Shown here: positions 9,415-21,212 of the stretch, piece after piece
Numbering within the stretch: the first letter of the stretch is position 1
How the letters are laid out: each line of letters opens with the position of its first letter
NCBI GenBank assembly: GCA_031459915.1
Contig: JAVKHO010000003.1
Location: 96,001-160,000, forward strand
Length of the DNA: 64,000 bases
Source: Candidatus Tepidifontimicrobium thermophilum
Lineage (GTDB): Bacteria > Sysuimicrobiota > Sysuimicrobiia > Sysuimicrobiales > Sysuimicrobiaceae
Direction: 5' to 3'
Position numbers and translations under genes: made by a program
Notes under the pieces: generated by a model
What the model was told of the DNA's origin: nothing
The model's database searches: none
What the model saw: only the letters and a program-made list of their open reading frames with translations

Positions 9415-9699
9415 TTGACACTCGGTCACGTCACCGACAACGTCCTCACCCCCCGCGGGGAGCGCAAGTTGGGCGTGGACGTGCCCCGGGACGGCTACCT
9501 GTTCAGCGAGGTGGCCTACGGGCGGTTCGAGGGGACCCTCACCCTGCCGCAGCCCCTGAAGACCGATCAGGTCTCCGCGCGCTACGAGCAGGGCGTCCTG
9601 GAGATCCGGATCCCCGTGGTGGAGAGCGCCCTGCCGCGGAAGGTCACCGTGGAGGTGGCCGGGTCCGGAGAGAAGATGCTGGCCAGCGCGGCGCGGTGA
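9415..9699 (+). pseudogene. Hsp20/alpha-crystallin protein, N-terminally truncated
   Basis: DNVLTPRGERK...SEVAYGRFEGTLTLP...VSARYEQGVLEIRIP...PRKVTV is the C-terminal half of Hsp20; no RBS and no N-terminal region. Terminator-like stem plus T-run at 9699-9720. Confidence 0.7.
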
Positions 9700-9794
9700 C
9701 CGGAGGGGTCCCGGTTTTTTGAAGGAGCCACCGGTGGGGGCGGCGAAGCGTCCAGCGACGGCGCGCCGCGCCGATCCCGAGGCGAGGGGTAGAC

Positions 9795-10160
9795 GTGAGT
9801 ACGGGGGCGAGTTCGGAGAACCGGCTACTGGCGGCCCTAAGCTATCCCATCTGGATTGTGGCCCTGGTCGTGGTGCTGACCGACCTGAAGCGGGACCCCT
9901 TCTTGCGGTACCACGGCTGGCAAGCTCTGTTCTGGGGGATTGCCTGGTTCGTGCTGTGGGTGGGACTCTCCGTGGTGGGGACGGTCCTGAGCTTCGTCCC
10001 CTTCCTGGGAGTTCTGTTTAGCTTCCTCGCCGGGACGCTGCTGTTCCTGGCTTGGGTGGTCCTGTCGGTCCTGTACGCGGTGCGGGCGTACCAGGGGCAG
10101 CGGTTCGAGATCCCCGTGGTGACGAACGCGGCCCGTAAGTACATGCTCGGCGAAGCCTAA
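9795..10160 (+). CDS. DUF4870/Tic20-like membrane protein
   Basis: ENRLLAALSY...FLRYHGWQAL...AVRAYQGQRFEIPVV; three hydrophobic helices. Confidence 0.75.
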   Translation: MSTGASSENRLLAALSYPIWIVALVVVLTDLKRDPFLRYHGWQALFWGIAWFVLWVGLSVVGTVLSFVPFLGVLFSFLAGTLLFLAWVVLSVLYAVRAYQGQRFEIPVVTNAARKYMLGEA

Positions 10161-10170
10161 CCCGCCGGAG

Positions 10171-11109
10171 GTGTCGGCGCACGTCCTGCTACCCGCAGGG
10201 TCGGAGCCCGAGGCCATCCCGGAGCTGCTGCGTTCCGCGGCGGTGCTTTGGGTGGACGTGCGGGGCCCCGAGGAGGCGGACGTGCGGCTCATGGCGGAGG
10301 TGTTCGGCTTCCACCCCCTGGCCATCGAGGACACCCGCAACCAGCGGCAGCGGCCGAAGGCTGAGGAGTACGACGGACACGTATTCCTGATCCTCAACCC
10401 CGTGCGTTGCGGAGTCGAAGGCGCGGAGTTCCGCGAGCTGGACGTGTTCGTGGGCTCCAACTACGTGGTGACCGTCCACCCGGGGGAAGACCCCGTGGTG
10501 GAGGAGGCCCGGCGCAGGTTGGACCGACATGCGCCGGCAACACCCGGACACGTGGTGCACGCCCTGCTGGACGTGGTAGTGGACGGGTACTTCCCCCTGC
10601 TGGACGCGGTCGGGGAGGCCCTGGACGAGCTGGAAGAGACGGTGCTGGCTCGTCCCGGCCCCGAGGCCCTGTCGTCGCTGATGCGTCTCAAGCGCACGCT
10701 GCTGGAGGCGCGGCGGGTGGTGGGCCCCCAGCGGGACGTGCTACACCTGCTCACGCGCGCAGACCTGCCTTACCTGTCCGCGGAGGAGCTGCGCTACCCC
10801 ATGCGCGACGTGTACGACCACCTGCTGCGCGTGACCGACATGCTGGACACCTACCGGGAGATCTTGACCGGGACGCTCGACGTGTACCTGTCCGCGGTGT
10901 CCAACCGGCTGAACCAGGTGGTGAACCGCCTCACCGCCCTCACCGTGGTGATCGGCGTGCTGGCGGTGGTCACGGGCTTCTACGGGATGAACTTCGAACG
11001 TACCTGGCCCCCCTTCGAGGCCGCGTGGGGTGTGCCCTTCGTCCTGGGGCTCATGGCGGGCGCTGTGGGGGCGCTCCTGTTAGGGTTCCGCCGGACAGGC
11101 TGGTTGTGA
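10171..11109 (+). CDS. corA: CorA family magnesium/cobalt transporter
   Basis: FGFHPLAIED, QRPKAEEY, YGMNF signature, two C-terminal TM helices. Confidence 0.93.
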   Translation: MSAHVLLPAGSEPEAIPELLRSAAVLWVDVRGPEEADVRLMAEVFGFHPLAIEDTRNQRQRPKAEEYDGHVFLILNPVRCGVEGAEFRELDVFVGSNYVVTVHPGEDPVVEEARRRLDRHAPATPGHVVHALLDVVVDGYFPLLDAVGEALDELEETVLARPGPEALSSLMRLKRTLLEARRVVGPQRDVLHLLTRADLPYLSAEELRYPMRDVYDHLLRVTDMLDTYREILTGTLDVYLSAVSNRLNQVVNRLTALTVVIGVLAVVTGFYGMNFERTWPPFEAAWGVPFVLGLMAGAVGALLLGFRRTGWL

Positions 11110-11140
11110 GCGGAGCGCCCGGACCTCAGGCGGAGGTGGT

Positions 11141-11461
11141 CTAGCGGCGCGGCGGCGGGGTGGCGGTGGGCTCGGGGACCAGGACCACCGCGATCTCGCC
11201 GGGGCGCACCAAGCCCAGCTCCTCCCGGGCCAGGCGCTCCACGTAGGCGGGGTCGTGCAGCCGGCGGATCTCCTCGCGCAGCCTGCGGTTCTCTTCCAGC
11301 AGGGCCTCCCGTTGGTGCTCGAGTTCCGCCAGCTGGCGGCTGAGGTGGTACAGGCGTAGCGCTGCCTGCCCGGAGGACAATGCGAACAGGCCGGCCGTGG
11401 CCACACCCAGGACCCACGCCAGCCGCCGCGGGTGAAGCAGTTTCGCTGCGTCGGTTGCCAC
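11141..11461 (-). CDS. ftsB: septum formation initiator FtsB/DivIC
   Basis: TM plus coiled coil plus YVERLAREELGLVRPGE; downstream of eno. Confidence 0.88.
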   Translation of the reverse strand: MATDAAKLLHPRRLAWVLGVATAGLFALSSGQAALRLYHLSRQLAELEHQREALLEENRRLREEIRRLHDPAYVERLAREELGLVRPGEIAVVLVPEPTATPPPRR

Positions 11462-11558
11462 GACTTCGCTCCGCGGGCGCTCTGCGGCGCCGGCGCGTTT
11501 GCTCAGGCCTTCGCGACGGCTGGGGGGATTTCCTCCCGGGGCCGTCCCACGGGCCCTG

Positions 11559-13816
<2,258 letters not shown>

Positions 13817-13898
13817 CTAGGCCACGGTATGCATCCCCGGCGCGCTTTCCAGGCAGCCTGCTCGGACCCGTCCGGTCAGGCCCTTCGGGAACACGCTC

Positions 13899-14678
13899 CT
13901 AGCCCGCGGCGTGTTTGGCTTCGCGCCACAGGTGCTCCAGCTCCGGCAGGGACAGCTGCTCGATGCGCTGCCCGCGCTCGGCGGCCAGCCGTTCCAGGGA
14001 GCGGAAGCGGCGGGTGAACTTCGCGCAGGCGTCCCGCAGGGCCTGCTCCGCGTCCACGCCCGCGAAGGCGGCCACCTTTGCCACGGTCATGAGAACGTCC
14101 CCCACCTCCTCCTGGACGGCGGCGGTGTCGCGAGAGGCCACCGCCTGGTCCAGCTCCGCCAGCTCCTCGTGCACCTTGTCCAGGGCGCTCCGGGGGTCGG
14201 GCCACTCGAACCCCGCCTGCGACGCGCGCTGGTACAGCTTCTGCGCCCGAATCAGGGCGGGCAGGGAGCTGGGCACCCCGTCCAGGGCGGAAGCGTCCAC
14301 CCCGCGCTCCGCGCGCTTCAAAGCCTCCCACCGTTCCTTCACTTTTTCAGGGGTGTCCACACCCTGCACGCCTCCGAACACGTGGGGGTGGCGCCGGACC
14401 AGCTTGTCGTGGATCGTGACTACCACGTCCTCGATGGTGAACTGACCGCGCTCAGAGGCGATCTGGGCGTGGAACACCACCTGCAGCAACAGGTCTCCCA
14501 GCTCCTCCCGGAGGCGGTCCGGGTCGTCCGCCTCGATGGCCTCCAGGACCTCGTACGCTTCCTCCAGAAGGTACGGGCGGAGGGACGCGTGGGTCTGCTG
14601 TCGGTCCCACGGGCATCCCCCCGGGCCCCGGAGGGTGGCCATGACCTGGACGAGGTCCTGAAAGGTCGGACGCCTCAC
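13899..14678 (-). CDS. mazG: nucleoside triphosphate pyrophosphohydrolase MazG
   Basis: GCPWDRQQTH, EEAYEV, EELGDLLLQVVFH, KLVRRHPHVF; GTG start overlaps the prsA stop. Confidence 0.95.
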   Translation of the reverse strand: MRRPTFQDLVQVMATLRGPGGCPWDRQQTHASLRPYLLEEAYEVLEAIEADDPDRLREELGDLLLQVVFHAQIASERGQFTIEDVVVTIHDKLVRRHPHVFGGVQGVDTPEKVKERWEALKRAERGVDASALDGVPSSLPALIRAQKLYQRASQAGFEWPDPRSALDKVHEELAELDQAVASRDTAAVQEEVGDVLMTVAKVAAFAGVDAEQALRDACAKFTRRFRSLERLAAERGQRIEQLSLPELEHLWREAKHAAG

Positions 14679-15619
14679 AGGTGCACCGCGATCTTCGCCC
14701 GCTGCCGCAGGTCCTTCAGCCAAGCTGCGAACGCCTCCCGTCGCTTGTTCTCCCGCAACAGCTCCACCACCTGCCGCCGGGCCGCCTCCCAAGTCGCCTT
14801 CCGAGCGGGCAGGCGCTGGGTCACCTGGACTACGTGGTAGCCGAAGGACGTCTGGACCGGCTCGCTGAGCTCTCCCGGCTTGAGGGAGAAGGCCGCCCGC
14901 TCGAACTCGGGGACGGTCTGACCGGGTGCCACCAGGCCCAGGTCGCCACCCTGGCTCCGGCTGCCCGGATCCAGGCTCAGCTCGCGGGCCAGCTTCTCGA
15001 AGGACTCGCCGGCCCGCAGACGCGCCAAAGCCACGCGCGCCTCCGCCTCCGTCTTCAGCAGGATGTGGCGGACCCGCACCCGCTCGGGCTCGTCGAAGGC
15101 AGCCCGGTGCGCATCGAAGTACGCGCGGGCCTCCTGCTCGGAAACCTCGGGCACCTGCATCTGGTCCAACAGCCGCCGCACGGTGAGCTCGAACCGGACC
15201 CGCTCGCGGAGCTCTGCCCGGGAGACCCCCTGCTGCTGGAGAGTCCGCTCGAACTCCTCCGCGGAGGGGAAGCTGGAGGCGATCTGCCGCAGCCGTTCCT
15301 CGACTTCCCCCTCTGGGGCGAGCCGCCCCGTCCGGCGCGCCTCTTGGAGGATCAAGGCTCGTTCGATGAGCTGGTCCAGGACGCTGCGGGCCACCTGTGC
15401 GCGCTGGCGCGCCGCGTCTGTCTTGGAGAAGTCCACGCCGAAGCGGGCGCCGATCTCGCGGACGTACCGGTCCACCTCCGCGGTGTAAATGGGCTCCCCG
15501 TTCACCGTGGCCGCCACCAGCGGCGCCCGCCGCGCCCAGCGGACCGCCACCAGCCCACCCGCCGCCACCGCAGCCACGGCAGCGACCGCTCCGACCAACC
15601 ACCAGCTTCGGTTCCTCAT
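14675..15619 (-). CDS. prsA: PrsA/SurA-type parvulin peptidyl-prolyl isomerase (foldase)
   Basis: VATVNGEPI-like N-terminus; RHILL, FEKLARELSLDPGS..GGDLG, EFERAAF, FGYHVV. Confidence 0.88.
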   Translation of the reverse strand: MRNRSWWLVGAVAAVAAVAAGGLVAVRWARRAPLVAATVNGEPIYTAEVDRYVREIGARFGVDFSKTDAARQRAQVARSVLDQLIERALILQEARRTGRLAPEGEVEERLRQIASSFPSAEEFERTLQQQGVSRAELRERVRFELTVRRLLDQMQVPEVSEQEARAYFDAHRAAFDEPERVRVRHILLKTEAEARVALARLRAGESFEKLARELSLDPGSRSQGGDLGLVAPGQTVPEFERAAFSLKPGELSEPVQTSFGYHVVQVTQRLPARKATWEAARRQVVELLRENKRREAFAAWLKDLRQRAKIAVHL

Positions 15620-15636
15620 GACCTAGCCCTCCCGAC

Positions 15637-18600
15637 CTACGCGGTCACCGGCTGCGGCCTCCTGTGCCGCAAAGCCGCCCAGCTGTCCAGCACGTCCCTC
15701 AACAGGTGGAGGACCCGGGCGTCGTCCGTGGTGTCTACGCACACCAGCAGGCCCTCGGGTACTCCCTGGACTCGGCCCCGGTACTCCAGTGCCAGCCACC
15801 GGATCTCCCGGGTCGGCACGCGGTCGCGGGCCCGCACCAGGACCCCGCGGCTCTCCCGTACCAGGGCGGAAATGCCCAGGCCGCGGGCCATCTCGCGCAG
15901 TGCGGCCACCTGCACCAGGTTCCGGGCGGGCTCCGGCAGGGGGCCGTACCGGTCCCGCAGCTCCTCCTCAACGGCTACCACCTCCTGCGGGCTACGGGCG
16001 GTAGCTAGCCTCCGGTACGCGGCCAGGCGCTCGCGCTCCTGCGGCACGTAGCTCTCCGGGAGGTAGGCGGACACCCGTAGTTCCACCACGGGATCCGGTG
16101 CTTCCTCCACGAACTCGCCCCGCAGCCGGCGGATGGCTTCATCGAGCAGCCGGGTGTAGAGGTCGAAGCCGACCGCGGCCATATGGCCGTGCTGTTCGGG
16201 CCCCAGGAGGTTACCGGCTCCGCGGATTTCCAGGTCCCGCATGGCCAGCCGGATCCCACTGCCCAGGGCCACGAACTCCCGCAGCGCCTCCAGCCGCGCC
16301 CTGGCTTCTTCTCCCAGCTGCGCGCCCCTGGGGTACAGGAGGTAGGCGTAGGCCTGCTGGTCCGCACGGCCTACCCGCCCGCGCAGCTGGTACAGCTGCG
16401 CCAGACCCAGGGTGTGGGCCTCCTCCACCAGGATGGTGTTCACCCGGGGGATGTCCAGCCCGATCTCCACGATGGTGGTGCACACCAGCACGTCGTAGCG
16501 GCCCGCCACGAAGTCCAGCATCACCCGCTCCAGCTGGGACTCGGGCATCTGGCCGTGGGCCACCGCCACCCGCGCCTCCGGCACCAGAGCCTGAACGCGC
16601 CGGGCGGCGCGCTCGATGGTGTTGACCCGGTTGTGCACCACGTACACCTGCCCTCCGCGCGCCAGTTCCCGGCGGATGGCCTCCTGCACCAAAGCCTCGC
16701 TCCACTCCGCCACCGTGGTGCGGATCGGCTGTCGGGCATCGGGGGGGGTCTCCATCAGGGACATGTCCCGAAGGCCCACCAGGGACATGTGGAGGGTCCG
16801 GGGAATCGGGGTGGCGGTCAGGGTGAGCACGTCCACCGAGGCGCGCAGCTGCTTGAGGCGCTCCTTGTGCAGTACCCCGAACCGCTGTTCCTCGTCGATG
16901 ATCACCAAGCCCAGGTCCTTGAAGCGCACGTCCTTCTGCAGGAGACGGTGCGTGCCGATCACCACGTCCACCGTGCCCGCGGCCAGGTCCTCCAGCACGC
17001 GCCGCACCTCCCGGGGCGAGCGGAAGCGACTCACCATCTCTACCCGCACGGGGAACGCCGCGAAGCGGGTCCGGAAGACCTGCCAGTGCTGCTGCGCCAG
17101 GAGGGTGGTGGGGACCAACACCGCCACCTGCTTGCCGTCCATCACCGCCTTGAAGGCGGCCCGGACCGCTACCTCGGTCTTCCCGTAGCCTACGTCCCCG
17201 GCCACCAGCCGGTCCATGGGCTTGGGCGACTCCATGTCCCGCTTCACATCCTCGATGGCCTTCCACTGGTCCGGGGTCTCCTCGAACTCGAAGGAGGCTT
17301 CCAGCTCCCGCTGCCAGGGGGTGTCTGGGGAGAAGGCGAAGCCACGGGCAGCCTGCCGGCGGGCGTACAGCTCCAGCAGCTCCCGCGCCACCTGCTCGGT
17401 GGCTTCCCGGACCCGGCGCTTCTCCCGCTCCCAGTCCGCGGTGCCCAGGCGGTGGATGCGCGGCGTGTGACCCTCGACGCCCACGTAGCGCTGGACTAGG
17501 TGGATCTGGTCCGTGGGCACGAACAGAGCGTCGCCCTCCGCATACTCCAGGTGCAGGTAGTCACGCTCCGCCCCCGCCACCGCCTTGCGGACCACCCCCC
17601 GGTACCGCCCGACCCCGTGGTGCACGTGTACCACCAGGTCGCCGGGCTCGAGCTCTGACCACGACCGGACGGCGGTCCCGTCCTTGGCTACCCGGAGCCG
17701 ACGCCGCCGGCGTTTCCACCCCAGCACCTCCGCGTCGGTGACCACCACCAGTTGCAGGTCCGGGACCCGGAAGCCCCGGGACAGACCACCGGGCACCGAC
17801 ACCGCGAGCCCGGCCGCGGGCGGGCTGTCGAGGCCGGGGCAAGGATCGACAGGGATCCCGTGGTCGGCCAGGATCTCGCTCAGCCGGCCCGCCTGGGCGC
17901 TGACCAGTACCACCCGCTGTCCGGAGCCCAGCCACCGCCGCACCTGGTCGGCCAGGAAGGCCGTCTGGCCCGCGAAGGCCTCCACCGGCTGTACGGGAAC
18001 CTCAAACCCCCGCCAGCCTTCCGGGGCTCCGTGGTAGGCGCTGACGGCCATCAGGCACCGTCTGTCTGCGGCGGCCAGCACGGCTTCCCACGGCACGTAC
18101 GCGGGCTTGGCCTGGTGCTGGCCCTCCGTTTCCCGCGCAGCCCGGTATACGGAACGGGCCTGCGCCTCCAGCTCCGCAGGCTCGTCCAGAACGACCAGAG
18201 TCTGCGGGGGGAACAGGTCCAGCAGAAGGGCATTCCCCTCCGGCTCGGACGCCAGGGGCAGCTCGGCACAGTCCGCCTTCGCTTCTGAGCGCTGCGTCTC
18301 TGGGTCGAACCGGCGGATGGAGTCCACCAAGTCGCCGAACCACTCCAGCCTCCACGGCCGGTCCGCGTCGGGCGGGAAGACGTCCACGATCCCGCCCCGG
18401 ACGGCGTACGTGCCGCGGGTCTGCACCAGGTCCACCCGATCGTAGCCTCCCTCCTGCAGGTAGCGGACGACGGCCTCCAGGGGGACCTCCTCTCCTACGC
18501 GAACCTGCTTTCGCACGGACCCCAGGGCGGACGCCGCTGGCACGGGACGGCAGGCGGTAGCCACCGGGGCCAGGATGACTACAGGTAGCCCGCTGGCCAG

Positions 18601-18948
18601 GTCGGCCAGAGCCCGCAGCCGTTCGCCCACCACCTCGGGGGCCGGGGGCAGGGGGTCGTGGGGCAAGACTTCCAACGGCGGCAAGTAGCGCAGGCGGTCC
18701 CGCAGGCCAGGCGCCAAGGCGGACAGGTCCTCTTGCAACGACTCCCCGGCGTCCCGGCCGGGCACAAGGATCAGGGCTGGCCGCGGAGGCCCCCACACCA
18801 GAAGATCCGCCAGGAGAAGGCTCTTCGCCCCCTGCGCGGGCACAAGGGCCCACGCGCGGGCGGGCGGCCGGGACATGACGTCCCGCAGCTCGTGCAGCCG
18901 CGGCCAGTTGCGGGTCAGCTGCAGCAGGCCTTCGAACGACAACGCCAC
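15637..18948 (-). CDS. mfd: transcription-repair coupling factor
   Basis: CarD-like RID domain (GDLVVHVHHGVGRY), GDVGYGKTEVA, DEEQRFG, QLYQLRGRVGR, DLEIRGAGNLLG, TRCF C-terminal domain. Confidence 0.98.
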   Translation of the reverse strand: MALSFEGLLQLTRNWPRLHELRDVMSRPPARAWALVPAQGAKSLLLADLLVWGPPRPALILVPGRDAGESLQEDLSALAPGLRDRLRYLPPLEVLPHDPLPPAPEVVGERLRALADLASGLPVVILAPVATACRPVPAASALGSVRKQVRVGEEVPLEAVVRYLQEGGYDRVDLVQTRGTYAVRGGIVDVFPPDADRPWRLEWFGDLVDSIRRFDPETQRSEAKADCAELPLASEPEGNALLLDLFPPQTLVVLDEPAELEAQARSVYRAARETEGQHQAKPAYVPWEAVLAAADRRCLMAVSAYHGAPEGWRGFEVPVQPVEAFAGQTAFLADQVRRWLGSGQRVVLVSAQAGRLSEILADHGIPVDPCPGLDSPPAAGLAVSVPGGLSRGFRVPDLQLVVVTDAEVLGWKRRRRRLRVAKDGTAVRSWSELEPGDLVVHVHHGVGRYRGVVRKAVAGAERDYLHLEYAEGDALFVPTDQIHLVQRYVGVEGHTPRIHRLGTADWEREKRRVREATEQVARELLELYARRQAARGFAFSPDTPWQRELEASFEFEETPDQWKAIEDVKRDMESPKPMDRLVAGDVGYGKTEVAVRAAFKAVMDGKQVAVLVPTTLLAQQHWQVFRTRFAAFPVRVEMVSRFRSPREVRRVLEDLAAGTVDVVIGTHRLLQKDVRFKDLGLVIIDEEQRFGVLHKERLKQLRASVDVLTLTATPIPRTLHMSLVGLRDMSLMETPPDARQPIRTTVAEWSEALVQEAIRRELARGGQVYVVHNRVNTIERAARRVQALVPEARVAVAHGQMPESQLERVMLDFVAGRYDVLVCTTIVEIGLDIPRVNTILVEEAHTLGLAQLYQLRGRVGRADQQAYAYLLYPRGAQLGEEARARLEALREFVALGSGIRLAMRDLEIRGAGNLLGPEQHGHMAAVGFDLYTRLLDEAIRRLRGEFVEEAPDPVVELRVSAYLPESYVPQERERLAAYRRLATARSPQEVVAVEEELRDRYGPLPEPARNLVQVAALREMARGLGISALVRESRGVLVRARDRVPTREIRWLALEYRGRVQGVPEGLLVCVDTTDDARVLHLLRDVLDSWAALRHRRPQPVTA

Positions 18949-19024
18949 TCCACCTAGACCTTCCGGCAGGAGACCGCCGCCATGGTAGCATGGAGCCCGC
19001 GGGACCGGCACGGGAGGGACAACG

Positions 19025-19432
19025 GTGGGCTACTGGATCCTGAAGAGCGAGCCGGACGAGTGGTCCTGGGAGGACCAGGTGCGCGCGGGGACGGACGTGT
19101 GGGATGGGGTCGTGAACCCGCAGGCGCTACGGAACCTGCGGGCCATGCGCCGGGGCGACCTGGCGCTTTTCTACCACACGGGGGACGAGCGGCGCGCGGT
19201 GGGCGTGGTGGAGGTGGTCCGGGAGGCGTACCCGGACCCCACGGACCCGTCGGGCAGGCGGGTGGTGGTGGACGTACGGGCGCTCCGGCCGTTGCCCCGG
19301 CCCGTGACCCTGGCGCAGATCAAGGCGGAACCCCGGTTGTCCCACCTGGCCCTGGTGCGGCAGCCCCGGCTGTCCGTCGTCCCGGTGGACGGGGAGGCCT
19401 GGCGGCTTCTGTTGCGGATGGGCGGTCTGTGA
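19025..19432 (+). CDS. EVE domain protein (PUA-like)
   Basis: YWILKSEPDEWSW, WDGV.N.QA..NL, FYHTG, RQPRLSVVPV. Confidence 0.9.
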   Translation: MGYWILKSEPDEWSWEDQVRAGTDVWDGVVNPQALRNLRAMRRGDLALFYHTGDERRAVGVVEVVREAYPDPTDPSGRRVVVDVRALRPLPRPVTLAQIKAEPRLSHLALVRQPRLSVVPVDGEAWRLLLRMGGL

Positions 19433-19469
19433 GGACGGGCCCGGGAGGGGACCTCCCGGGCCCGTCCTC
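19431..19469. terminator. perfect 18-bp stem-loop between convergent EVE and glnA genes
   Basis: GAGGACGGGCCCGGGAGG-GGA-CCTCCCGGGCCCGTCCTC. Confidence 0.75.
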
Positions 19470-19471
19470 CT

Positions 19472-20911
19472 TCAGATGTCGAAGTACAGGTAGAACTCGT
19501 ACGGGTGGGGGCGGATGTTCACCTCGTGGAGCTCCCGCTCCCGCTTGTACGCGATCCACGTGTCCAGAAGGTCCCGGGTGAACACGTCGCCCTCCAACAG
19601 GAACTCGCAGTCCGCCTCCAGCGCGTCCAGCACCGCGGCCAGCGAACCGGGCACGCTCTTCACCTTCGCCGCTTCCTCGGGCGGGAGCTCGTACGTGTTC
19701 ACGTCCAGGGGGCCGAAGGGAGAGGGGTCCAGCTTGCGGCGGACGCCGTCCAGGCCGGCCATGAGCATGGCGGCAAAGGCCAGGTACGGGTTGCAGCTGG
19801 GGTCCGGCGGCCGGAACTCGATGCGCTTGCTGGCTGCCGACTCCGCGCCGAAGTGGTACATGGGGATCCGGACGCAGGCGCTGCGGTTCCGCTTGCTGAA
19901 CGCCACGTTCACGGGTGCCTCGTAGTGGGGGACCAGCCGCTTGTAGGAGTTGGTGGTGGGGCTGGTGAGGCCCAGCAGGGCGTCCACGTGGGTGAGCAGG
20001 CCCGCCACGTAGTGGAGGGCGAGGGGGCTCAGCTCCGCGTAGCCCCCCTCCCCGTAGAACAGGTTCCGTCCGTCCTTCCACAGGCTCTGGTGGGTGTGCA
20101 TGCCGTTGCCGTTGTCCCCGAATAGAGGTTTCGGCATGAAGGTCACCGTGCAGCCGTGGCGGCGGGCCACGTTGCGCATGACGTACTTGTACACCATCAC
20201 CTTGTCGGCCATGCGGACCAGGGTATCCCGCTCCATGTCCACCTCCGCCTGGCCGGCGGTGGCCACCTCGTGGTGGTGCATCTCCACGGGGATCCCGATC
20301 TGCTCCAGGATCAGCGCCGCCTCGCTGCGGATGTCCTGGAAGGTGTCGCTGGGCGGCGCGGGGAAGTAACCCTCCTTGGGCCGGATCTTGTAGCCCAGGT
20401 TCTTGCCCTCCCCGTTGCCGCTGTTCCAGATCCCCTCCCGGCTGTCAATGCAGTACCCCGACCGGTGGGGGGTCACCTCGTACGTCACGTGGTCGAAGAT
20501 GAAGAACTCGATCTCCGGCCCCCAGAAGCTTGTGTCCGCGATCCCCGTCTCCTTCAGGTAGGCCTCCGCCTTACGGGCCACGTACCGGGGGTCGCGGGAG
20601 TACGGTGCCCGGGTCTCGGGGTCCACCACGTCGCAGATCATCACGAGGGTCGGAATTTCCAGGAAGGGGTCCACGAAGGCGGTGTTGGGGTCGGGCAGCA
20701 GGAGCATGTCGCTCTCCTGGATGGCCTGAAAGCCCCGGATGCTGCTCCCGTCGAACCCGATCCCCTTGGTGAAGGTGGACAGGTCCACCTGGGAGGCGGG
20801 GACCGAAGCGTGCTGCCACGTCCCCGGTAGGTCGGTGAACCGCAAGTCCACGATCTGGACCCCCTTCTCCTTGATCAGGGCCAGCACGTCGCTGGGCGTC
20901 CTGGGAACCAT
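19472..20911 (-). CDS. glnA: glutamine synthetase type I (GSI-beta-like; adenylylation-site Tyr retained)
   Basis: FDGSSIRGF, HHHEVATAGQ, FMPKPLFGDNGNGMH, RIEFRPPDPSCNPYL, NTYELP; RBS GGAGGT before ATG 20911. Confidence 0.98.
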   Translation of the reverse strand: MVPRTPSDVLALIKEKGVQIVDLRFTDLPGTWQHASVPASQVDLSTFTKGIGFDGSSIRGFQAIQESDMLLLPDPNTAFVDPFLEIPTLVMICDVVDPETRAPYSRDPRYVARKAEAYLKETGIADTSFWGPEIEFFIFDHVTYEVTPHRSGYCIDSREGIWNSGNGEGKNLGYKIRPKEGYFPAPPSDTFQDIRSEAALILEQIGIPVEMHHHEVATAGQAEVDMERDTLVRMADKVMVYKYVMRNVARRHGCTVTFMPKPLFGDNGNGMHTHQSLWKDGRNLFYGEGGYAELSPLALHYVAGLLTHVDALLGLTSPTTNSYKRLVPHYEAPVNVAFSKRNRSACVRIPMYHFGAESAASKRIEFRPPDPSCNPYLAFAAMLMAGLDGVRRKLDPSPFGPLDVNTYELPPEEAAKVKSVPGSLAAVLDALEADCEFLLEGDVFTRDLLDTWIAYKRERELHEVNIRPHPYEFYLYFDI

Positions 20912-20962
20912 CTGTTGCACCTCCCGTCCGGTCTTTTTTGCGCGAACGCCGAAGACTCGCGG

Positions 20963-21065
20963 AAACACAAAGACGCCCCGGCGCCGCAAGGGCGCGGGGC
21001 GTCGTGGCCCACGCAGTGCTATTCAGCTCGGCGTGTTTATACCACAGACGTGGGTGGGCCGTCAA
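20963..21065 (-). promoter_or_regulatory. glnA promoter and attenuator leader (ANTAR-like hairpin overlapping terminator)
   Basis: TTGACG-N18-TATAAA; GGGC-CACGAC-GCCC (20997-21010) overlaps the 5' arm of GACGCCCCG...CGGGGCGTC-TTTGTGTTT. Confidence 0.75.
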
Positions 21066-21169
21066 ACCTCCTCTTCGGCCCGCCCCGCCCGCCGCAGGAG
21101 ACGGCTGGGCAGCACCACCCACGCGCAGAACAACAGCACGAACGAACCGAGGGCGATCCACGCTTCCAC
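21062..21169 (-). CDS. small single-TM protein (35 aa) downstream of amtB
   Basis: RBS AAGGAGGT, GTG start, MEAWIALGSFVLLFCAWVVLPSRLLRRAGRAEEEV*; below the ORF-track length cutoff. Confidence 0.7.
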   Translation of the reverse strand: MEAWIALGSFVLLFCAWVVLPSRLLRRAGRAEEEV

Positions 21170-21212
21170 AGGTCTGACCTCCTTTCCGTCGGGCGTTTTC
21201 CGGTCTTCTGGG

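Noticed and set aside
20912..21035. Glutamine (glnA-motif) riboswitch
   Set aside because: No match to the three-way-junction consensus; the leader is better explained by the shared hairpin plus terminator.
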